Assembly (NCBI GenBank): GCA_045105515.1
Contig: JBGCDR010000181.1
Coordinates: 35,501 to 99,500, forward strand
Length of the DNA stretch: 64,000 nt
Origin: Oligoflexales bacterium
GTDB lineage: Bacteria; Bdellovibrionota_B; Oligoflexia; Oligoflexales; Bog-1112
Direction of reading: 5' to 3'
Shown here: positions 42,731 through 53,523 of the stretch, one piece after another
How positions within the stretch are numbered: the stretch's first letter is position 1
Layout of the letters: every line of letters starts with the position of its first letter
Position numbers and translations under genes: made by a program
The notes under the pieces: model-generated
The model's database searches: none
Seen by the model: only the letters and a program-made list of their open reading frames with translations
Told to the model about the DNA's origin: nothing

Positions 42731-44749
42731 CGCAATCTGATCGGCTTCTTCTTTCACCTTACCACTTGTAAGAAAGCCTCCGGGCAAAACTGCTATCTCA
42801 TGAAAATCAAGCCAGGAAAATTCTAAAGGATAAGCCCCTTCTTGCTCACTGAGTTCTCCGACCTTTAAAGTTTTTGGTACTAAATTTTCAAGTAGTGGGT
42901 GTATAGAGCGAATAAAAGCCAGCATATGATTTATGATAATTTGTTCTAACTGTTCATCTTCCGGTGGATTATCAATCTCTATACGATTGAAAAAAATTAT
43001 TCTAAGTTTATCATCAATACTAGGCTTTAAGTATATACGATAACCAACACGGGATTCACCGACTCTCAATTGAAGACTTAAGTAGTGAAGTGAATTTTCT
43101 GGATCCCAAATGATCTGAGGAGCTTGCTCGCTCATAACATGGAGTACATTCTGGTTTTGTGAGTTATCTTGAGAACAAACCAAAGATGGGTTATTATTCA
43201 AACAAAAATCTAAACGTTTCTCATGGTGGGAATTCTCAAGAATGCGGTTTAAGGTATTGAATCCAACAAATCCTGCCAAGTCCCAATCACTCCTGTTGAC
43301 AACATTCTGCTGCGAAGCATTTTCTAAGACTTCAGATAGTCGAAGTTTCATTCCACCATCATTGTGGTTTTCAAGATCCAATACCAACTGGATATCTTGC
43401 TGATACATAGCCTCATTCTTCTTAATTTGAACGATTAGCCTTTTACAAGTATCTTCAATTGCCATAACTTGACCACTTAACTGTGCCTCAATATGAGGAT
43501 ATTTCGTCTTATTTTTCAAAGACTTGGTCAGTTTCAAAACTTCTTTGAGTTTATCTATAAGTTGAGTATTGCGAGAGTGCTCTAAACCTGAGATAGCTTG
43601 GTTTAGCAATAGCCCGTTATAGCTGTACTCGGTCAATTCATCGTTAGAGCCATCGGAAAAATCGTGTAAAGAAATAATATAGTCGTGCAAAGAACCGATC
43701 AACTGAAACAATTTGCTTTGATCTAAAAGGTCCTGAAGCCTATGCCCTGGTATTGTGTATTGACTTCCTCCAAAAATATCGGCATTTTTAATGCCTTCGT
43801 TGATCAACCTTAGGAGTGTTGGTAACAATTTGCTATTGACAAGATTATTTACGTGTCCAATCTTTCCTGGATCATTGAAATGATCATTAATTAATTTATC
43901 CAAATCAATCAATTTATAAAGCTCTGATAAGTCCTCATTTAAAACGCCTGAAACTCCAAGCAAAGTAGAAAACACATATTTATTGACTGATAATTTACCG
44001 CTTGTATTCATAATTTGCCCAATATTTCGACGATTAAGATGGGGGGCAAGATCCATTTTTACTAGGCCATGAGGAAAATACATTAAGCTTTTTTTCTCAT
44101 CAAATTTGAATATACTTTGACTATTTTTGTTAGCTTGTAGGGTACCCCTTAGCTTTATGAAGGGCTTACGATTACCTAAGGCATTATCAAGTTTTAAGGT
44201 TATAGGATTCAACTTTATTATTGTTTCATGGGCTTTTAGTTTTTTTGACTTATTTAATACCTTTACGTCCAGCTCGCTGTGAATTTCCAGGGATTTTAAG
44301 GGTATGATAATATCGCAACTTGTACCCTCACAAGGTACCCTGATATCATCAAACACAACATTCCTAAAGACTGTCTTTCCAAGTTGAAGATAGACAGGTC
44401 TTGGCCTTAGGTTAGGGACTCGGTTTCCATCACTAAAAAAGTAATCTGGTATGCCGGGGCAAACCTTCCAAGCATCCATGATCCCATATTTTCCGATATT
44501 TCCTTCATTACATTTTTGCTCGGGAGGACTAACTTTTTGAGCTGGCAGTACAGCATCATTGATAAATTTTTCTAGTGCGTTTTTTGCTCCATTAAGAGAT
44601 TCTTTTATAAGTCTTTGTTTACCGATTATGGATAGGGAGAGTGATATAATAGGGTCTTTGAACTGCTCTTCCCCATACACTGGGTGATGAAGAAAAATAT
44701 TTAGTAATGCCATGCCAATTAAAGCATGACTTTTCCTTAAAATAGTCAT
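42725..44749 (-). CDS. Large secreted hypothetical protein
   Basis: 674-aa ORF with N-terminal signal; GAGGT RBS. Confidence 0.65.
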   Translation of the reverse strand: MTILRKSHALIGMALLNIFLHHPVYGEEQFKDPIISLSLSIIGKQRLIKESLNGAKNALEKFINDAVLPAQKVSPPEQKCNEGNIGKYGIMDAWKVCPGIPDYFFSDGNRVPNLRPRPVYLQLGKTVFRNVVFDDIRVPCEGTSCDIIIPLKSLEIHSELDVKVLNKSKKLKAHETIIKLNPITLKLDNALGNRKPFIKLRGTLQANKNSQSIFKFDEKKSLMYFPHGLVKMDLAPHLNRRNIGQIMNTSGKLSVNKYVFSTLLGVSGVLNEDLSELYKLIDLDKLINDHFNDPGKIGHVNNLVNSKLLPTLLRLINEGIKNADIFGGSQYTIPGHRLQDLLDQSKLFQLIGSLHDYIISLHDFSDGSNDELTEYSYNGLLLNQAISGLEHSRNTQLIDKLKEVLKLTKSLKNKTKYPHIEAQLSGQVMAIEDTCKRLIVQIKKNEAMYQQDIQLVLDLENHNDGGMKLRLSEVLENASQQNVVNRSDWDLAGFVGFNTLNRILENSHHEKRLDFCLNNNPSLVCSQDNSQNQNVLHVMSEQAPQIIWDPENSLHYLSLQLRVGESRVGYRIYLKPSIDDKLRIIFFNRIEIDNPPEDEQLEQIIINHMLAFIRSIHPLLENLVPKTLKVGELSEQEGAYPLEFSWLDFHEIAVLPGGFLTSGKVKEEADQIAL

Positions 44750-44907
44750 TGATACCTCACTGCCATATTAGCGATAATTCAGGCTCATGAGGTTCAAATT
44801 AAATCATCACTTCCTTAGAAGAAAGTGTTATTTGCCATTAAGTGATTTTGTCAGTAGGTAATGGCTTATAGGTAACTTACAGACATAGTATTTTTAGGTA
44901 AAAAATA

Positions 44908-45753
44908 TTAGCGTCGACGATTTTGCTGCCTTAATATATGGTTATTTACATATTGTAGAATAAATGCAGTCAGAGCCACATATTGTTCTTGACTAAGGTA
45001 TTCCCAACTTACACTTGCTTTACTTCCTCCCATGAGCACCCGTCGAACTCTAGCAGAAATACGCATATATTCACCATGTTCTAAAGGCATAAAACCAAAT
45101 ATAGGAATATGTATTTTAAGTTGATCACCATCATTAAATATTTCATCTTTAATAGAATGTATAATACCACCATGAGCACTCATTTCTATGATTCTACCAT
45201 CAAAATAACCATCTCTGCGCAAGTGGTAATACTTAACACCTAGATCAAATTCATATCGTCTACTCCGACGAGCACCTTTTTGACTAAGTGTAGATTGAAT
45301 CCTTGAATATATTTGTGATAAAGGCATTGAGCGATGGCTGATATAATTATCAAGCTCCTGATAAGGCAGAAGCACTTCATGATAAGCCTTTACAAGAGCT
45401 GTTACGTTTTCGGTAAAAAACAAGATTGGAACCAACTGCTCACGCTTTTTTTCCTTTAAGTACTTAATACTTTGCAACAATTCATTAAGATCTGTAAAAG
45501 TATCATCTACAAGAACTAAAAGTATCTGCCGAGAAAATAGCCTATTTAGTTCTTCACCACTTTTCGGTGTAGCAATTGCAAGATTAGAAAAATTCTTACG
45601 AATATATGCTGAAACATTGGAAGAAAGGTCAGGATCAAAATTTGAACCCATCGCCATAACAACATAATTTTTACGCTTTTTTCTCGGACCCTGGAGGTAT
45701 TCAACAACTTGGGCCGCTTTTTTCTCTTCATCTAATTCAGCTTCTGCCATCAC
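44908..45753 (-). CDS. PilZ-domain protein with degenerate receiver-like N-domain
   Basis: RRSRR (RxxxR) and EMSAHG (D/N-x-S-x-x-G-like); N-terminal LVLVDD..VPILFFT. Confidence 0.75.
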   Translation of the reverse strand: MMAEAELDEEKKAAQVVEYLQGPRKKRKNYVVMAMGSNFDPDLSSNVSAYIRKNFSNLAIATPKSGEELNRLFSRQILLVLVDDTFTDLNELLQSIKYLKEKKREQLVPILFFTENVTALVKAYHEVLLPYQELDNYISHRSMPLSQIYSRIQSTLSQKGARRSRRYEFDLGVKYYHLRRDGYFDGRIIEMSAHGGIIHSIKDEIFNDGDQLKIHIPIFGFMPLEHGEYMRISARVRRVLMGGSKASVSWEYLSQEQYVALTAFILQYVNNHILRQQNRRR

Positions 45754-47324
45754 ATAACCTTATCTAATTTTCTTAGTCTCCACTGTTTAACATATTTGAA
45801 AAAGGAAAAAGGATCTATTTTGACACCAGATAATTTTCGATTAAAAACTGCGTGATGTTTAAGGGTCCAAAGGTATAAGTATGGACTTTCAACAGCCAGG
45901 ATACTGTGGAGTTTATGAAATATAGCTATTTTTTTTTCAAAATCATTCGTATAGGAGCCTTCTGCCAAGAGGGCATCAACTTCAGGATTAGAATATTGCA
46001 CAAAATTATTGCCCCAAGGTTTAATTTCTGAACTATGGAACAGACTTTCTATATTTGCAGCATCATCAAAATTCCACATGGCAACAGTCATTTCATAATT
46101 TTTTTCGACAAGTACTCGCTGCTTCCAAATATGCCAGTCCACAAATTCAAGCTTGAGATTAATACCAACCTTTTGTAAGTAGGCCTGAATAGCCACACCA
46201 ATACGTTTATTCATCTCTTTTTCGCCGGCAATCGGTATTAAAAAACTCAGACTCACTTGCTGCTTTTTCCAGTTTAGCAACTTGCCTGAACCATCATATT
46301 TTAATCCTATGGATTGAAAGGTGGATTTTGCCCGTTTTATGTCATATTCATATGGCTTCACATCAAGGTTATAAGCCCAAGAACTTGGAGGGAATGGACC
46401 AGATATTAAGTTTCCACGATTTTCAAAAAACGCTTTAAGCATTTCCTTCCGATTGATACTATAGTTCAATGCTTGCCTGAACAACTTACGCGACAACAGT
46501 CCATTTTTAGTATTAAAGCCAATAAAGGAATATGATAAGGAGGCGTACGGTTTAACTTCAAAATTTTGATCTGCCAATACTTCGTCAAGACGCTTAGGAC
46601 TGACATAAGTCAAGAGATCCAGACTCTCAAATAAAAGAGCCTGGGTCATAATATTCTGGTCAGTAAAAGGTTTCATTGTAAATGCAGGTATATTTACATT
46701 CCCTTTAAAATAAGATGGATTTGAAACTAATTTAATCTCGCCATTATCACCAAAATCATTTATTAAATAAGGCCCTGTGCCCGTAGGATTTTTTCCAAAT
46801 TCATGATTTCGATTAAATGGTTTTTTTTCTTTAAAACGAAAAGCAGGTAGTATTTTGAATCCCAGATACTTAAGGGGGTCAACTGAAGCTCTTTTCAAGG
46901 TAAACAGCACTTTATATTTATCTAATGCCTGAACAGATTCGATAATATCAAATCGAGACTTATTAGGAATCCCACTATCACTAGCCAATAAAAGCCTGAC
47001 GGTTGCAAGCACATCATCCGAGGTAAAATTATGCACCTTTCCCATATAAGGATGCCATTTCACCTGTTCACTAAGCTCCATTAGAACCTGTTTACCATCC
47101 TTAGTGATTGAATATGACTTAGCTAGAGATGGGCTATATGAATAATCTTGCTCTAATTCAATTAAACTATCAAATAGCAAGTCTACCATCCGATAGGCAC
47201 TTGCATCCTGTGTGGTATAAGGATCTATATGCTCAGGCCTGGAAGTCTCACCATAGTTCAATGATACGTCTGCTTTAAGCTGGAAGGAGAACCCCATGAG
47301 AAGTGTTATAAGTAAATTTTTCAT
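45750..47324 (-). CDS. ABC-type substrate-binding protein, family 5 (OppA/DppA-like)
   Basis: LFDSL, PSLAKSY, FTSDDV, PTGTGPY, RQALNYSINR, YSNPEVDALL. Confidence 0.9.
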   Translation of the reverse strand: MKNLLITLLMGFSFQLKADVSLNYGETSRPEHIDPYTTQDASAYRMVDLLFDSLIELEQDYSYSPSLAKSYSITKDGKQVLMELSEQVKWHPYMGKVHNFTSDDVLATVRLLLASDSGIPNKSRFDIIESVQALDKYKVLFTLKRASVDPLKYLGFKILPAFRFKEKKPFNRNHEFGKNPTGTGPYLINDFGDNGEIKLVSNPSYFKGNVNIPAFTMKPFTDQNIMTQALLFESLDLLTYVSPKRLDEVLADQNFEVKPYASLSYSFIGFNTKNGLLSRKLFRQALNYSINRKEMLKAFFENRGNLISGPFPPSSWAYNLDVKPYEYDIKRAKSTFQSIGLKYDGSGKLLNWKKQQVSLSFLIPIAGEKEMNKRIGVAIQAYLQKVGINLKLEFVDWHIWKQRVLVEKNYEMTVAMWNFDDAANIESLFHSSEIKPWGNNFVQYSNPEVDALLAEGSYTNDFEKKIAIFHKLHSILAVESPYLYLWTLKHHAVFNRKLSGVKIDPFSFFKYVKQWRLRKLDKVM

Positions 47325-47342
47325 CAGATCTTACCTAAGTTA

Positions 47343-48659
47343 TTAGTGAATATATTTTATATGTAAATTTCCTTCATTTTTACGCTTACCTTGAATTTGT
47401 ATTCCTTGGTTAGTTAGAGCCATAAATACCCGATCCCAGGAACCACTTTGAGCACAAAAACTAAGAATACCAAGTTTAGACATTATAAGATCGTGATTCA
47501 TTGATGTATTAGTATTGATTAAGTACCTTTTACCCAAAGTCAAGTGATATGCAAATATTCTATTTGCTTTTGCCAAGTTGTTTTCAATGTAAAATATTTT
47601 CTTACTATCAGGTGTCCAAGCAACTCCTGAGTTGAGGTCGAGGAATACATTTCTTGCAATTATCGATTTTTTTAAATGCTCATCACTGTAGGTTTTATCT
47701 CGGATGAAAGGCAATACATGAAGATTCCATTTCCCATCCTGACCCATTGAATAAAATGCGACAAAGCGTCCATTAGGAGAAATAATCGGTCGCATTTGCT
47801 CTAAATATGAGATAATAAACGGATAAGGTCTGTGCCACATCCTACTTCTCCGATCCCTAAGAAGGACCATCATTTTATGTTTCTGGAGATCTCCGGAAAT
47901 AAAAATAATTCCTTCACCATCTTTTGCCCATTCGGGATAAAGATCAGGAGTATCATTGAAAGTTAATCTGTTCTCCCTAACACCTCTGCGAAAAAGGTAT
48001 AGATCGCCCTTTCCAGTCCTAGCGCTAGTAAAGACTATCTCATGATGCTGAGGATTCCATGTGGCGAAACCATCCTTAGCAGGATTTGGTGCTATCAAAT
48101 GTTCATCAGAGTCTATTGCACCAACGTAAATATTAAAATCTCCAAGGCCTCCATTTGACATAAAAGAATACTGCTTTGAATCATAAGACCATCTAAGGAA
48201 AGCATTATATGAGCGGTACATTGGCTTTGTATTGCTTAGGCTATAAAAAGGTTCATCATCTACTGGAAAAATAGCTAATGTTTTGCTATACGACTGTGAA
48301 AGGTCCCTTAGCAAAATTTTCCTTTGTCTATTTTTTACAACCTCATATCCCAGTAAATACCCGTTTCTAGACCAACTTAAGCTAGCCTCATGTGAGGGTG
48401 TTTTATGTTGAGTCAGCTGTTGAATTTGTATTATTTTAATACCAGATTTTGCGACCTCCTGGTTTTTAAACTGCTCTTGAAAATAAGAAGCATAAGGAAA
48501 TATTTCAGAAATAAAACCTGGAAAATAAGTACCATTTGACTCATTAGACCAAAATATTTTATCTAGTGATAAAAAAGACCAATGGGTTTTCTGACAGCTT
48601 ACTTGAAATAGCAAGCTGACAGCGATAAACACCCATGATTTTTTATAGATTAACATCAT
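47343..48659 (-). CDS. TolB-like beta-propeller (PD40) lipoprotein
   Basis: Lipobox QVSC; repeats LSWSRNG, LRWSYDS, ATWNPQ, PEWAKDG, ISPNGR, WTPDSK. Confidence 0.8.
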   Translation of the reverse strand: MMLIYKKSWVFIAVSLLFQVSCQKTHWSFLSLDKIFWSNESNGTYFPGFISEIFPYASYFQEQFKNQEVAKSGIKIIQIQQLTQHKTPSHEASLSWSRNGYLLGYEVVKNRQRKILLRDLSQSYSKTLAIFPVDDEPFYSLSNTKPMYRSYNAFLRWSYDSKQYSFMSNGGLGDFNIYVGAIDSDEHLIAPNPAKDGFATWNPQHHEIVFTSARTGKGDLYLFRRGVRENRLTFNDTPDLYPEWAKDGEGIIFISGDLQKHKMMVLLRDRRSRMWHRPYPFIISYLEQMRPIISPNGRFVAFYSMGQDGKWNLHVLPFIRDKTYSDEHLKKSIIARNVFLDLNSGVAWTPDSKKIFYIENNLAKANRIFAYHLTLGKRYLINTNTSMNHDLIMSKLGILSFCAQSGSWDRVFMALTNQGIQIQGKRKNEGNLHIKYIH

Positions 48660-51525
48660 TTTGATATACAGTGGATTTAGCCTGCTTCAAAAATATCTTC
48701 GCATTACCAAGTAGATCACTGAGCTCTTGTTTATTTTCTTCTTCACTATAAGCTTCAACAAAATTTTGCCATTTTTCCATTGTCTTTCGCTTAAGGTTTA
48801 AATCCCGACTTTTTGCTGACAATTTCGACATTGCTAGTGCTTCATAGTACTTAAGTTTCTTACTAGCCAAAATACGCTGATCACTGGGTACAAACTTAAG
48901 TTGAGACTGAATCTTTTGTCCAAATCCAAGGACTTTTTCATATATTTCTTTTGCCTGAATCCAATTATTCTCTTCTTTCTTATGTGCCATCTGGCTTAAA
49001 GCCTCTACATAATTAATATAGGAACCTATGAATTGTTTATTGTGGAAAGAATTTACTCTAGGATTCTGGAGCACTTTTTCAAAGGCTTTGGCTGCTGATT
49101 CTGGATCTTTAAGTTTGCTCAAAAAAACCTCCCCCAACAAATGCTGGGCTCTAAGGTAATCCGAATGCTGTTTATCAATCCGCTCCAGCATACTGATTGC
49201 TTTTTCATAGCTTTCAAGTTTAATTAGATCAGTAATTCCCCTTAATATATCAAGCTCTAAGAGGATGCTAGCTCCGCCAGTCAAGTCAAGAACACCTTCC
49301 TCTAATTCGAGCACTTGAGCGATATCTTTGTAACCTGGAGGTGACTTAAGCCTTAATTTAATGAATCCACTGCTGGTCTCAAAAGGTTGATGAATTGGGG
49401 TCTGCCCCACATATGAGCCATCTAGATACACTTTAGCTCCAGCTGGTTTACTATCAATTTGAACAAATGCAAGCAGGCGATTCAAGGTAATATCTAGTCT
49501 TCCTTTTTTTCGCCCAAATAAATTAACATTCTTAGTTTCATAACCATGTTTCACAAAGGTTAGGGCACCCCCGCTAGCAAGATCCCTAGAATTCCGGATT
49601 GCTACTAGACCACGTTCATTACTGGATCCCAACCAATGATTGTTTAAATACACATTTACCTGGGCAATACCTTTGCCCTTCCTATTTCCAGTAGGTAAAC
49701 TCTCGCTAACAAGTATTGGATAATTCTTGCGTTTCAAATTGTCTTGACTAATTCCTTTACGCAAAATAATCATATCACCTCTGCCTATTACTGAGCGCGG
49801 TGATTGCCAAACAAGCTCTGCAACTGTAGCTTCATTTGAGACCGAACTGACTTTTGCTATGCCAATTTTCTTGTGTTCTTGTGCACTTCCAAGCGGATTA
49901 ATTTGCCGTCCAAAAACTTCGATAAGGTCATTTTTTGCCAAAAATGGTGTATTTTTCTTGTTTAAATTTATACGTAGTGCCTTTTTGTTTGCACCTAAAA
50001 CAGCTCCCTCAAACGGATATAAGCGGTTAATTTTAAGCGCAAGCCCTTTCATTAGCTTATTGTAAGCAATACGATTGTTGAAATCTTCTAGTTTGTGGGC
50101 AGCTGCTGCGATAATTTCTCCTTTATTATTATAAAGGCTAATATCAACGTATATACTGCCGTTCTTATCTAATATCGTTGGAAGAATAAGTGCATCTACA
50201 TGAGCTTTTATATTAAGCCCAGTCCAACCCTTCGTAATTACGTCATTGACTTTCTTAGCCTCATCTCCTAAATGCTTCATCAAGTTTTCATAAGGAAATT
50301 CAAGAGCATTATTTTTCGTCATGATAAACTTGCTTGCACTATGAAGAAAGCGGTTCACTTTTTTGATATCAGGAATTTTTTCGGTATGGATTCCCGCAAG
50401 TCTAACTGGAAGTAGAGTAAATCTAGGTTTTGGTGGAGTCTTGTCAGTCAAGAATCTTGTTAATGTCATTTTAGGAGAAGTAACGAAGTCTACTTCAAAT
50501 ACTTCAGGGAGATATCTTTTAGTCTTAAAAGAAACCTTTAGCAAATCATCACTTGGACCCTGATAAACATACGAAAGATGGCCAAACTTATCTGTATGAC
50601 CTACCTTTCTACTATTCACATAAACGCTAATACCAGAGACTCCTCTTAGGTAATGATAATTGCTTTTAAGTGTGAATAGATCGAGACACTGACCTCGCGT
50701 GAGGGAAACTCTAAGAAAGCCTTTTTTTTTAAGCCTGGTTGTTAACGTTTTTGTGACAAAACCTTGTTTCTTTACAACAAAGGATAGAACCTTATTCCTC
50801 CCTGGATGCAATTTGATCGTACATTTTCCTTTGAGATTGGTCTTACATGCTGACTTAAGGAAACCCTTTACAGGGTCACCGAGGTAAACCTCGGCATCAG
50901 CAACACTTTTTTTTTGATTAGTTACATGCACAGTGTAAGCGATCTTGTTAGCAATAATACTTAATTTTTTTAGATCACCCTGAAACGGTTTGTTCTTATC
51001 GATCTTAAAGTGATCAATAGGTTGGTGAGAAATATTAGAATCGACAATAGTATTATCTTTGCTTCTAACTTCTTCTACTTTTTTGAGTTTCTCTTCAACT
51101 AAGCCGTGAGAATCAACCAAAATAGGTAAATCATCCCCTTCTTCTACAGAAGGATTATTCGTCATACCTTTATCTTTTTTGGGCTTTGGAACTGAATAAA
51201 GGATAGCCTTTACCTTTATTGGACTATGCTTATCAGGAGAGAGTACAATTTTTTCAAAATAAGGTGCATAATAGTGGGTTGAACTGTCTTTTGTCACTTC
51301 TAGCTTGAGAGCTTTTCCCTTTATACCCTTCAATTCGTGGTAATAAACGCCATCCTTATCGGTTTTACCAATTTTAATATCATCAAGTGAAATTGTGGCA
51401 TTATGGATAGGAACATTTTGATTATTAAGGACAATTACCTTTAATTTCGATGAAACTTCCTCATTACACTGGTAAACAATCATCAACAGCAAGAATTTGA
51501 TTGATATTTTGAAGAGATGGCTCAT
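48643..51525 (-). CDS. Multidomain exported protein: Ig-like repeats, FlgT-C-like domain, PEGA, TPR
   Basis: Four 'V.l....G.TD..G' Ig-like repeats; FEGAVL..IGIAKVSSV..IGRGD; PEGA IDSKPAGAKVYLDGSYVGQTP; TPR AQHLLGEVF; GGAGG RBS before 51525. Confidence 0.7.
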   Translation of the reverse strand: MSHLFKISIKFLLLMIVYQCNEEVSSKLKVIVLNNQNVPIHNATISLDDIKIGKTDKDGVYYHELKGIKGKALKLEVTKDSSTHYYAPYFEKIVLSPDKHSPIKVKAILYSVPKPKKDKGMTNNPSVEEGDDLPILVDSHGLVEEKLKKVEEVRSKDNTIVDSNISHQPIDHFKIDKNKPFQGDLKKLSIIANKIAYTVHVTNQKKSVADAEVYLGDPVKGFLKSACKTNLKGKCTIKLHPGRNKVLSFVVKKQGFVTKTLTTRLKKKGFLRVSLTRGQCLDLFTLKSNYHYLRGVSGISVYVNSRKVGHTDKFGHLSYVYQGPSDDLLKVSFKTKRYLPEVFEVDFVTSPKMTLTRFLTDKTPPKPRFTLLPVRLAGIHTEKIPDIKKVNRFLHSASKFIMTKNNALEFPYENLMKHLGDEAKKVNDVITKGWTGLNIKAHVDALILPTILDKNGSIYVDISLYNNKGEIIAAAAHKLEDFNNRIAYNKLMKGLALKINRLYPFEGAVLGANKKALRINLNKKNTPFLAKNDLIEVFGRQINPLGSAQEHKKIGIAKVSSVSNEATVAELVWQSPRSVIGRGDMIILRKGISQDNLKRKNYPILVSESLPTGNRKGKGIAQVNVYLNNHWLGSSNERGLVAIRNSRDLASGGALTFVKHGYETKNVNLFGRKKGRLDITLNRLLAFVQIDSKPAGAKVYLDGSYVGQTPIHQPFETSSGFIKLRLKSPPGYKDIAQVLELEEGVLDLTGGASILLELDILRGITDLIKLESYEKAISMLERIDKQHSDYLRAQHLLGEVFLSKLKDPESAAKAFEKVLQNPRVNSFHNKQFIGSYINYVEALSQMAHKKEENNWIQAKEIYEKVLGFGQKIQSQLKFVPSDQRILASKKLKYYEALAMSKLSAKSRDLNLKRKTMEKWQNFVEAYSEEENKQELSDLLGNAKIFLKQAKSTVYQNDVNL

Positions 51526-51545
51526 AGTGCCTCCGTTTGCAGTTT

Positions 51546-51965
51546 TCAAAATCCCGGTGGATCTAAACGAACTTTTCCGGGTTCTTTACGCTGCGGTTCT
51601 TGATTCAGGGCATGTATTGGTTCATTGCTAGTATCCCTATGATCCGACTTGATTAAGGTTAGGTCCATTTCATCGACCGAATCTACATGGAAGCGCAGCG
51701 AGGTAATTTCATAACCGGGAACAAGAGCTTCCAAAAAATAGTAGCCCACTGGCAATTTATCTTTAACTTCATAAGACCCATCTTTTGTAATTACCACTGA
51801 AACTGTTAATGGTTTTTGTTTCTTATCAAGCGGGACTATATTGATCATACCATTTTCCGTTCTAACAATATTCCCATGCTCATCATAAACTGTTCCGGAG
51901 AGTGTACTTGCACAAGAACTAAGTAGTAAAATAATCTTCAAAATGATGAGTTTTTCGATAACCAT
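51546..51965 (-). CDS. Lipoprotein with carboxypeptidase-regulatory-like domain
   Basis: Lipobox LSSC; LSGTVYDEHG..DGSY..LPVGYY..PGY. Confidence 0.7.
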   Translation of the reverse strand: MVIEKLIILKIILLLSSCASTLSGTVYDEHGNIVRTENGMINIVPLDKKQKPLTVSVVITKDGSYEVKDKLPVGYYFLEALVPGYEITSLRFHVDSVDEMDLTLIKSDHRDTSNEPIHALNQEPQRKEPGKVRLDPPGF

Positions 51966-52573
51966 GCTACCGAATTTGTGTGCGACAACCAAACCAATAC
52001 TCCTTTTTTTCCCTTATTTAACCTCAATAGTGGTGTATCTTGTGGAATTGCAACCTTGATTCCCAGCTCATCTCTAAAATCTCGAATCTTGTGGATTTTT
52101 TTTAAAGTCCGAACCACCGGAAACAATCTGATTGGCAATTTAATGACTGTTACTTTTGCTAAAGGTATCCTTTTGATCTGTTTACGATGAACCCAACCAG
52201 CAATTTCGGTATCAAGCACCGCTATCTTTCGCCATACTCCACTTTCTTCTATCTCTACAACTAAACTATCGTAGGATAGTAGTTGATCATTAATAGGATA
52301 GTCAGTACCTGGACCTCGTCTAAGTTCAACATGTGCACTTACCACTTTATGTAGGGCAAGGAGCTTACTTGGAACAATGAGATGCTGGGGCAAGGGTTCG
52401 GGTAAAGTCCATTGCATCGGGCTCGACAATATAGTTTTTGCTTCTAGTTCCAAACTCCGTAAAGGGCGTTGTTCAATTGTAATTTTATTATGAACACAAG
52501 CCACTAGCAAGCTTAGGCTAAAAAAGATGCATAGTGTTTTTGAATTATTTCTAAACTGACCTGAGGCAAACAT
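51938..52573 (-). CDS. SH3b-domain lipoprotein
   Basis: Lipobox LVAC; VELRRGPGTDYPI..WRKI..AGWVH; a second degenerate SH3 ends VAWL. Confidence 0.75.
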   Translation of the reverse strand: MFASGQFRNNSKTLCIFFSLSLLVACVHNKITIEQRPLRSLELEAKTILSSPMQWTLPEPLPQHLIVPSKLLALHKVVSAHVELRRGPGTDYPINDQLLSYDSLVVEIEESGVWRKIAVLDTEIAGWVHRKQIKRIPLAKVTVIKLPIRLFPVVRTLKKIHKIRDFRDELGIKVAIPQDTPLLRLNKGKKGVLVWLSHTNSVAWLSKNSSF

Positions 52574-52614
52574 TTTTTTATACCAATGAGATCTTTTTAG
52601 GAGTGATCGAATGC

Positions 52615-53523
52615 CTACCGGGCTATATTGATTGGGTTTCTGCGTCCTGAGCTATTCTGAGCTTCCTTGATATGGGAGCGGCTCACCGGGAGGTTATATA
52701 CACTTCTTTGGCCTTCTAGGTTCATCATACTGATTTTGATTTCTTTGATATTGATTTGCATTGCTTCTGGAATCTGGAAGTAGAAGCTCTTTGCCTTGTA
52801 ATATCGAATACTATACCAATTTGCACCTTTAGGTGGGTTCTGTATTTTTCCTTTTTCATCCAACTTCACACCAATTGGTGATGAAATGAATGATTTTTCT
52901 CCCTTTGCATTCATGAGGGTAACAACAGACCATATATAACCTTCAGCCCGTTCAGGACTTTGTGTATTTCTGATAGCAAAGTTCAACTCAAAGTCATCTT
53001 GCTCTTTTTGATATGAGATATCTTCCACAATAACAGGCCAATCAGAATCAGCTTTTGCTTCGACTTTTTCTATGGATAGAACAATGTTTCTCGGATCAAA
53101 TTTCTCTGTTTCCTCTTTTTCAGCTATGGAAGGCTGATTTTCTGCTTTTTTATCTGGTGTTTCAGCAATATTTTTTTGTTCTTCCTTGCTTAAAATTTCT
53201 TTTTCTTCTTTATCAGCAAATGAAGAAACTGCTTTTTTTACAACTCTGGGATAAGCTAATTCATATACACCATCGTATCTACTTTGATATTCAAATATAG
53301 TAGCTAAAGAAGCGTGTAGACGATCTTTGAGATTATTTTTCTCTTGAGATGACTCGAAGACAAAGTAAATACTTAATCCAGACCAGAAAACCAGAGCGAA
53401 AAAAATTGTTAGTATTAAATTTACCTTCGTCAAAGATAAGCTGAAAGAACGAGTTTTTTTTGCGTCAACGAAATAAATGACACTAAGGCTTTTTTTGTGT
53501 GAGCCACTGCTATTTTTCTTCAT
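52615..53523 (-). CDS. Bitopic membrane hypothetical protein
   Basis: Single TM at ~35-55 followed by coiled-coil/linker and beta domain. Confidence 0.65.
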   Translation of the reverse strand: MKKNSSGSHKKSLSVIYFVDAKKTRSFSLSLTKVNLILTIFFALVFWSGLSIYFVFESSQEKNNLKDRLHASLATIFEYQSRYDGVYELAYPRVVKKAVSSFADKEEKEILSKEEQKNIAETPDKKAENQPSIAEKEETEKFDPRNIVLSIEKVEAKADSDWPVIVEDISYQKEQDDFELNFAIRNTQSPERAEGYIWSVVTLMNAKGEKSFISSPIGVKLDEKGKIQNPPKGANWYSIRYYKAKSFYFQIPEAMQINIKEIKISMMNLEGQRSVYNLPVSRSHIKEAQNSSGRRNPINIAR

